Origin: Acidobacteriota bacterium
GTDB taxonomy: Bacteria > Acidobacteriota > UBA6911
Direction of reading: 5' to 3'
Length of the DNA: 64,000 nt
Assembly (NCBI GenBank): GCA_037444305.1
Contig: JBBIMP010000011.1
Coordinates: 54,787-118,786, forward strand
How positions within the stretch are numbered: position 1 is the first letter of the stretch; each line of letters starts with the position of its first letter. Of the stretch, positions 58,330 through 64,000 are shown piece after piece. Made by a program: the position numbers and the translations under genes. The notes below the pieces were generated by a model that was given only the letters and a program-made list of their open reading frames with translations, did not search any database and had not been told where the DNA came from.

Positions 58330-60216
58330 CTATGGCTGTCCGACTGCCATCCCCAGTTCTTCGGGATCGATCACGCGACCGATCCGCCCGTCGCCCAGCA
58401 GGGCCACGCAGGAAAAACCTGGAATCCTCTCCTGGCCGTTCTGCCGCCGCCGTGTTATTACAATCTGTTCGCCGAGGAGGCGGTCGACAAGGAGCGCCAG
58501 GCGCCGCTCCGCGGACTCCACCACGACGAGCACGCCTTCGGCCGGATTCTCAGCCCCTCCGGCCACTCCCAGGTGCCGGTGCAGGCGAACGAGCGGAATC
58601 TGCTCGCCGCCGTCTGTGATCGCTTCGCCCGGACCGCAGATCGATGGCGCAACCGGCGGGAGTGCATCGAGACAGGTGCGCACCATGCCGCGCGGGATGA
58701 TGCAGACTTCCGGACCCACGCCTGCCAGCAGTCCATCGATGGTCGCCAGCGCGAGCGGGAGCCTGAGCGAAAATGTCGAACCCCGCCCCGGCTCCGAGGT
58801 GAGACGGAGACTGCCCCCCAGAGCATCCACGCTTCGCTTTACGACATCCATGCCGACTCCCCTGCCGGAGGTCTGGGTTACGGCCTCGGCGGTGGAGAGC
58901 CCCGGTGTGCAGATCAACTCGCAGGTGTCGCGCATTGCAGGATTCAATTCCGGCGTTGCGAGACCGAGGGTGACCGCCCGATCGATAATCTTCTGCCTGT
59001 CGATGCCGTTGCCGTCATCCTGGAGCTCGACGACCAGACTGCCTCCGCTTTGGTACGCGCACAGCAGCACCGTTCCCGTTGGCTGTTTGCCTCGCGCCTC
59101 CCTGACTTCCGGCGATTCGATCCCGTGGTCCACGGCGTTCCTCACCAGGTGGGCCAGGGGATCCTCCAGGGTCTCGGCCATTCTGCGGTCGATCTCGGTG
59201 GATTCGCCCAGCGTGACGAAATTCACCTGTTTTCCCGCTTTCCTGGCGGTATCGCGCGCTATGCGCGCGGTCCGCAGGAACGTATCCTTGAGGGATACCA
59301 TCCGCATGGAGAGCGTGAGCGCCTGGATCTCCCGGATAACCTGTCCTGCATCCGACACGTTTTGAAAAAGGTCCTGGTGCGTGTTTTTCAACAAAAGCGG
59401 ATCTTCGAAGACACGCCGCTGTATGCCAACCAGCTGGTTGACCAGATCGAGAAGCCTATCCACCTGTTCTGTCCGCACCCGGAGTGACGCTTCATCGGAG
59501 GATGCCTGGGATAATCGCTGTTGGGTCCGAAGTGCGCGGGCGACGTCGGTCAAGGAGGCAACTTTGGATTTCAGGAGTGCGCGGCCAAGCGGCTCCGCTC
59601 CCTGGCGGGCCACGACCGCTTCGATCTGCTCCCGCGTGACTTTGCCTTCGGCCACCAGGATGTCGCCCAGGCGCAGGGGGTTGCCCGGGTCCCGCTTGGA
59701 GGGGGGCTGGCCGCTGCGAGGATCGAAGCGGCTCAAGGCCTCGACCAGCCCGGCATAGGCAGCAGGCAGTGATGCGGGCTGGCCACGGATTTCTCCGGCT
59801 ATTTCTTCCAAGAGCTTTCTCAGCATGTCCACGGCCTGCAGGGCCAGGTCGGCGGCAGGGCCGCCGAATTCCACCGAACCGTCGCGCACTCGGTCCAGCA
59901 GCGATTCGGTGCGGTGGGACAGCTCGGCGACCGACTGCAGCCCGGCCGAGCCGGCAGAACCCTTGATCGAGTGAAAGGCGCGGAATACTGCGTGGACGTC
60001 TTCACGGCTGCCCGGAGACGTTTCGAGGGAGAGAAGGGCCGTTTCCGCGACCGCTATGTGCTCGCGGACCTCCAGGATGAGTTCGGTGATGATCTCGAGG
60101 TCCGGGTCCGGAGGGAGGAGCGTAAACGCTGATCCGGGGTCGTCTGGGCATCCTCCTGCGGAAAAAGGTGAGCGGGTGAAGTCCAATTCAGGCTTTTGTC
60201 CGCTGTAAGAGGGCAT
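58330..60216 (-). CDS. cheA: CheA-type histidine kinase (Hpt, MshEN-like insert, dimer, HATPase, CheW domain)
   Basis: FRAFHSIKG, DPLAHLVRNAVDHGIE, DDGNGID, SGRGVGMDVVK, LGDG; start uncertain. Confidence 0.88.
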   Translation of the reverse strand: MPSYSGQKPELDFTRSPFSAGGCPDDPGSAFTLLPPDPDLEIITELILEVREHIAVAETALLSLETSPGSREDVHAVFRAFHSIKGSAGSAGLQSVAELSHRTESLLDRVRDGSVEFGGPAADLALQAVDMLRKLLEEIAGEIRGQPASLPAAYAGLVEALSRFDPRSGQPPSKRDPGNPLRLGDILVAEGKVTREQIEAVVARQGAEPLGRALLKSKVASLTDVARALRTQQRLSQASSDEASLRVRTEQVDRLLDLVNQLVGIQRRVFEDPLLLKNTHQDLFQNVSDAGQVIREIQALTLSMRMVSLKDTFLRTARIARDTARKAGKQVNFVTLGESTEIDRRMAETLEDPLAHLVRNAVDHGIESPEVREARGKQPTGTVLLCAYQSGGSLVVELQDDGNGIDRQKIIDRAVTLGLATPELNPAMRDTCELICTPGLSTAEAVTQTSGRGVGMDVVKRSVDALGGSLRLTSEPGRGSTFSLRLPLALATIDGLLAGVGPEVCIIPRGMVRTCLDALPPVAPSICGPGEAITDGGEQIPLVRLHRHLGVAGGAENPAEGVLVVVESAERRLALLVDRLLGEQIVITRRRQNGQERIPGFSCVALLGDGRIGRVIDPEELGMAVGQP

Positions 60217-60451
60217 GACACCAGGTCCAAGATTACAGGGCTCTCCGGCCTCGGCCGACACGAATCCGGAAGCCGCTCGGGCACACCACCCTTTCTCATC
60301 GGCCGTCGCGAGCCATACCATGCGAAATGTTCGACACCTGGATTTTTGGCTCGCGTTTCCATGCCGGCCGCGCGCGGCGCAGCGAGGCTGCAATCGGGGA
60401 AAGCCGTTGCGGATTAGGGGCACAGCCGGCTTGCGGGAACCGGATGGACTC

Positions 60452-60883
60452 TCACTCCCGGGTGTCGAGAAACCGGGGCTCGTTCGGCGATCCCGAACTC
60501 ATGCTCTTCAGGAAGCGGGCTCCGTTGTGGATTTCGCCCAGGGATGCCAGTGCTGCCTCCTTCATCCTGTGCAGGGCGCGTTCGAACTGCCGGACCTGCC
60601 GCTGCAGGTGGCTTGCTCGTCCCTGCAGCTGTTGCGCCCGCGCTGAGAGGCTGTTGGCCTCGTCGGGCTGCAATTGCCCGCGTTCCGCCTGCCAGGAATC
60701 AGCCAACTCGGCGAGGCTGCGGTCGAGCGCGCAGGACCGCACTACGATTCCATCCAGGCTGCCCAAGGGATCGTTCCCGTCCGAAGCGGCGGCCTCCACG
60801 GACCGATCGAGGGCGCGAAGCACGCTCTCGAGTTCTTCGTACAGCGCTTCGACTGAAGACAGTTCCTGAGTGAAATCCCGCAT
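60452..60883 (-). CDS. Helical hypothetical protein, FliT/FlgN-like chaperone by position
   Basis: 143 aa helical ORF starting 2 bp after fliS, C-terminal PRFLD. Confidence 0.6.
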   Translation of the reverse strand: MRDFTQELSSVEALYEELESVLRALDRSVEAAASDGNDPLGSLDGIVVRSCALDRSLAELADSWQAERGQLQPDEANSLSARAQQLQGRASHLQRQVRQFERALHRMKEAALASLGEIHNGARFLKSMSSGSPNEPRFLDTRE

Positions 60884-60885
60884 GG

Positions 60886-61371
60886 CTATGCCGTAAGGCT
60901 GATGCTCGCCGGTTGGGGGGTGCAGGCGCCGCCGACGGTCGGGTGGCGGTGACTTGCTGCCGGATGCGGAACGGAGGCGGATTGCCGGCCGGCCTGGGCC
61001 TCCTTGCGCGCCACTTCGACCCAAGCGGAACGCAACTCGGTCATGAGCTTGAGGATCTCGTGCAGCGGAGCGGGATCCTGATCCCTGTTGGCCTTGAACA
61101 GGCGGTCGCGCATGTAGTTGTAGAGGCGGTCGAGCGTGACCGACAGGTCGCCGCCCGCTTCGAAATTGAGTGCGGCCTGCAGCTCGGTGAGGATGGCGAC
61201 CGCCTTGTTGATGCTCTGAACGCGGCTCTGTATGTTTCCGGCCGCCATCTGGCGAAGAGCGCTCTGGACGCTCCCGATGGCTCCGTCATAGAGAAGGACC
61301 ACCAGTTCGGCCGGCGAGGCGGTCTTGACCTCGATTTCAACGTACTGTCGTGCGTTCGCGTTCATCTGCAT
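60886..61371 (-). CDS. fliS: Flagellin chaperone FliS
   Basis: TASP.ELV..LYDGAI, KA.AIL.EL...L, L..LY.Y, ELRSAW. Confidence 0.95.
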   Translation of the reverse strand: MQMNANARQYVEIEVKTASPAELVVLLYDGAIGSVQSALRQMAAGNIQSRVQSINKAVAILTELQAALNFEAGGDLSVTLDRLYNYMRDRLFKANRDQDPAPLHEILKLMTELRSAWVEVARKEAQAGRQSASVPHPAASHRHPTVGGACTPQPASISLTA

Positions 61372-61392
61372 CAGGATCCTTTTCTTGAATGG

Positions 61393-62814
61393 CTAGCGGA
61401 AATTCTTCAGCGAACTGACCTGTCCTGCAATGGATGCCTGCAGGGCGCCGGCCTGCCGGAGCGCCGCGTCAGCGCGGGCAAACTGCGCCAGCAACAATTC
61501 GCGTCTGGCCGCCAGTCGGTCCTCCATCTGGGAGATCTGCTGGGCGATCCTATCGATATTCTGCTGGATAGCGTTTCTCGAACTGGTGACCGGACCGGCA
61601 TAGGTGTCGGTGAGGTTTTTCAGCTGGGCTCTGAGGTCAGGGCCGATGCTGATGAAACCGCCTCCTCCGTCCGGCGCATCCGCGAGGAACATCTCGGCCA
61701 CGCCGGTGAGGTTGGAGGTGAGCATTTCGCGGAGCTTCGATTCATCCACGCTCAGAGAGCCGTCATTCGCGAGCTTGAAGCCGATCTGCCATAGGCCGGC
61801 CATTGCCGAGCCTCCCGGGGACACGCTGCGCATGATCACCCCGCTCAGGGTGCCCTGGGCCTGGCGGAGGACGAAATCCCCGGCCAGCACGCCCGCCTGT
61901 TTTTTGGCGGCGTCGTAGCGTGACTGGGATGCGATGTAACCAATGATATCGGTATACTTGCCGGCGAACTCCTTGAGCGCTGCCGCGATCGCGTCGAGGT
62001 CGCTTTCGAGGCGGACGGTCGCGCTGCCCGAGGCAGCTCTCAGGTTGAGGGTGACGCCTTCGATTGCATCCGAGACGGTGTTCGACGAACTGACGACGTC
62101 GATGCCGTTTACCTGCAACAGCGCGTCGCGAGCAGCCAGCGTTTCGGTGAAGTGGATCGCTGCTCCGTCCCCCTGGTCCAGGTTGGAGGTTATGCTGAGG
62201 GAGTTGGCAGTGCCGGTGCTGCTGCTGGTGATCACGAGCCGGTAGGGCTCGGCGCGGCCATCCCTGACGATGGAGGCGACGAAGCCTGCGTTCAGGCTGT
62301 TGATCGAATTGCGCAGGCCCTGCAGGGTGTTGTTGGTTTCGTCGACGGTGATGGTGACGGCCTCATCGGAGCCCTTCTGGATCACGAGCGTGCCGGTCTT
62401 CAGGAGTGTGGCAGTGTCGGAGGCGAAATTCCCGGAGGCGTGCGCAGCGGCCTGGGCCAGCTGGCTTACTGCTATGGCAAAGCTGCCCGTGAGGGTTCCT
62501 TTGGCGGCCGTAGCCTGAAGGACCGATTCATCGGATGAGACCGCCTTCCTGAGAGAGAAGACGCTGTGGCCGAGCCTGCTGCCCAGGCCGGACGGATAGT
62601 TGAGAGGGAATCCCGCTCCGTGGAACAGGATTCCCTCGATGCCGGTTTGCATGGCAAGCAGCTTGCTGTTGAACTCCCGGTAGGCCGAAATCCGATCCTG
62701 ATACGCACGGGACTGCCTCTCCAAACGCCGGATCGGCTCCCTCTCGGCGTAGATCAGATTGTCGACTATCCCCTGGACATCCAGGCCGCCGCTCAATGAG
62801 TTGACGGATCCCAT
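61393..62814 (-). CDS. fliD: Flagellar filament cap FliD
   Basis: GLDV..IV..L..AE, V.QLAQA, DA.L.VNG...SSSNT...I.GVTL.L, QF. Confidence 0.93.
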   Translation of the reverse strand: MGSVNSLSGGLDVQGIVDNLIYAEREPIRRLERQSRAYQDRISAYREFNSKLLAMQTGIEGILFHGAGFPLNYPSGLGSRLGHSVFSLRKAVSSDESVLQATAAKGTLTGSFAIAVSQLAQAAAHASGNFASDTATLLKTGTLVIQKGSDEAVTITVDETNNTLQGLRNSINSLNAGFVASIVRDGRAEPYRLVITSSSTGTANSLSITSNLDQGDGAAIHFTETLAARDALLQVNGIDVVSSSNTVSDAIEGVTLNLRAASGSATVRLESDLDAIAAALKEFAGKYTDIIGYIASQSRYDAAKKQAGVLAGDFVLRQAQGTLSGVIMRSVSPGGSAMAGLWQIGFKLANDGSLSVDESKLREMLTSNLTGVAEMFLADAPDGGGGFISIGPDLRAQLKNLTDTYAGPVTSSRNAIQQNIDRIAQQISQMEDRLAARRELLLAQFARADAALRQAGALQASIAGQVSSLKNFR

Positions 62815-62834
62815 GGTTAAGCCTGTCTCCCCTG

Positions 62835-63233
62835 CTAAATTCTCACATCCACCCTGGCTGCCGGCTCAACTTCGGGTTCGGGGATCTTGAGATAGTCCTT
62901 GGGGATCCGGTAAAGATCCTCGCCGGTGCGCTTGTCCTTGACGTGGAGATACATCTTCCCGTCCTCGGCATCTCGCGCGTAGTAGACGGATGTCCTGCTG
63001 GCAAGTGCGGTCTGCTGCAAGCGTTCCAGGACTGCTGTGGAGTCTTCGCGCTTCTGTGTGATGGTGAGGGAATCGCTCGGCGCATCTTGGTCGGAAGCTT
63101 GTCCCGACTTGGGATTCTTTCCAGGACCGTCGGTGCTTTTGACGGCATCGGCGGCTTTCCTGGAAGGGGACCCGGCGGGGAAAGGGACCGAATCTGCCAG
63201 GACCGCTGTGTTCGAGTTGATTTCGTTCACCAT
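62835..63233 (-). CDS. FlaG-like protein
   Basis: VKDKRTGE....IP and terminal VDVRI; between fliC and fliD. Confidence 0.7.
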   Translation of the reverse strand: MVNEINSNTAVLADSVPFPAGSPSRKAADAVKSTDGPGKNPKSGQASDQDAPSDSLTITQKREDSTAVLERLQQTALASRTSVYYARDAEDGKMYLHVKDKRTGEDLYRIPKDYLKIPEPEVEPAARVDVRI

Positions 63234-63319
63234 GGCGTCTCACCTTGCTCTGGTGCATGTCCGTTGCCCCGCCGTTCGGGCGTGGCACACGGCTCAAGCT
63301 GGGGATTCCCCCTCCCTCC

Positions 63320-63347
63320 ATATCGACCGGGCGGCAGCAGAGGATTA
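63320..63347 (-). promoter_or_regulatory. Sigma28 promoter for flaG-fliD-fliS
   Basis: Minus strand TAAT-N16-GTCGATAT. Confidence 0.6.
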
Positions 63348-63370
63348 GTCTGTGATGGTCGAATGGAGGG

Positions 63371-63400
63371 GGGCGTGCCGTTTATTCGAACGGCACGCCC
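63371..63400 (-). terminator. Strong hairpin after the flagellin stop
   Basis: GGGCGTGCCGTT / AACGGCACGCCC 12-bp stem, 6-nt loop; no clear U-tract. Confidence 0.5.
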
Positions 63401-63422
63401 GGAGCCTCCCTTTTCTTCAGAG

Positions 63423-64000
63423 TTACTGCCGCAGGAGCGCCAGGACCAGCTGGCTGTTCGCATTGGCCTGCGAGAGGGCCGCGATGCCGGACTGGGCCAG
63501 GATCTGGTACTTCGCCATGTTCGCGACTTCCTCGGCCATATTGGCGTCGCGGATGGTCGACTCGGCGGCCTGGGTGTTCTGCGACTGGTTCTGAAGAACC
63601 GCCACAGCGGACTGCAGGCGGTTGATCCCCGCTCCGATCGCCGCTCTGCTGGATGAGATATCCAGAAGCGCGAGTCGCAGTGTCGACAAGGCGGAAGCAG
63701 CGTCGGTCTTCGTATCAAGCGCCACGGCCGAGATGTCGGTTCCGCCTGTCTTAAACCTCGTCACCTTGTCACCTGCGGTGGTTATCACGTTGACGGTGAC
63801 CGAAATCGAACTGGACGATGCCGTGTCGCCCACGAAGACGCTCAGCGCGCCGTTGAGGCCGGACGCGGAGAACAACTTCACACCGTTGAAGTTGACCTGG
63901 TCTGCGATGCGCGCCATTTCCGCCTGAATCGACAGGAAATCATTGTGAATCGCAGTCCTTCCGGTGGCATCCACCGTGTCCGTGGCTGCCTGTTCGGCCA
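63423..64000 (-). CDS. fliC: Flagellin, 3' part (start lies outside the window)
   Basis: FNGVKL, RA.IGA..NRL, AAES.IRDANMA.E, ILAQSG...L.QAN, LALL. Confidence 0.95.
   Translation of the reverse strand, partial: AEQAATDTVDATGRTAIHNDFLSIQAEMARIADQVNFNGVKLFSASGLNGALSVFVGDTASSSSISVTVNVITTAGDKVTRFKTGGTDISAVALDTKTDAASALSTLRLALLDISSSRAAIGAGINRLQSAVAVLQNQSQNTQAAESTIRDANMAEEVANMAKYQILAQSGIAALSQANANSQLVLALLRQ

Noticed and set aside
60296-60367. Possible dedicated promoters for cheA (GCCGATGA; CGGCATGGAAACGC)
   Set aside because: The sigma28-like -10 has no convincing -35, and the sigma54-like element has GG-N9-GC spacing.
1-64000. CRISPR arrays, IS elements, integrases, prophage, rRNA or tRNA genes
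   Set aside because: No regularly spaced repeats, transposase, integrase or phage motifs, or structural RNA signatures were seen by eye; a covariance-model scan was not possible.

Overview
GC-rich bacterial chromosomal window with no tRNA, rRNA, CRISPR or mobile element recognisable by eye. Gene order and protein types suggest an Acidobacteriota-like or deltaproteobacteria-like organism; this is inference only. Bases 1-19 kb are housekeeping: an internally deleted 7TM-HD (PgpH/YqfF-like) gene, ybeY, a CorC-family gene and ribD; on the minus strand pilMNOPQ, a roadblock/LC7 gene, accB, accC and thiE; then rplM-rpsI-rpsB-tsf-pyrH-frr and an efp-speA pair. Bases 19-64 kb hold a near-complete flagellar cluster: a FleQ/FlrA-like activator, a FleS/FleR-like two-component pair, flgBC-fliEFGHIJK, flgDE, fliL-fliN-fliOPQR-flhB, flhA-flhF-flhG-fliA-fliM-fliY, flgFGAHIJ, flgM-flgN-flgKL, fliW-csrA and, on the minus strand, fliC(partial)-flaG-fliD-fliS-fliT-like-cheA. 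Six sigma54 and three sigma28 promoters plus candidate enhancer boxes can be read directly from the DNA. The most unusual elements are (1) an orphan CheA with an MshEN-type c-di-GMP-binding motif in place of P2, converging on a sigma28-driven REC-REC-STAS-like protein, with no cheW, cheY, cheR, cheB or receptor gene nearby; (2) an EF-P with a PGNWR loop instead of PGKG, apparently co-transcribed with arginine decarboxylase; (3) a FlgJ whose hydrolase is an M23 peptidase; and (4) two HD-superfamily genes that have each lost their core by internal deletion. Start codons were re-chosen by eye from RBS context, and domain calls are from motif recognition, not database searches.
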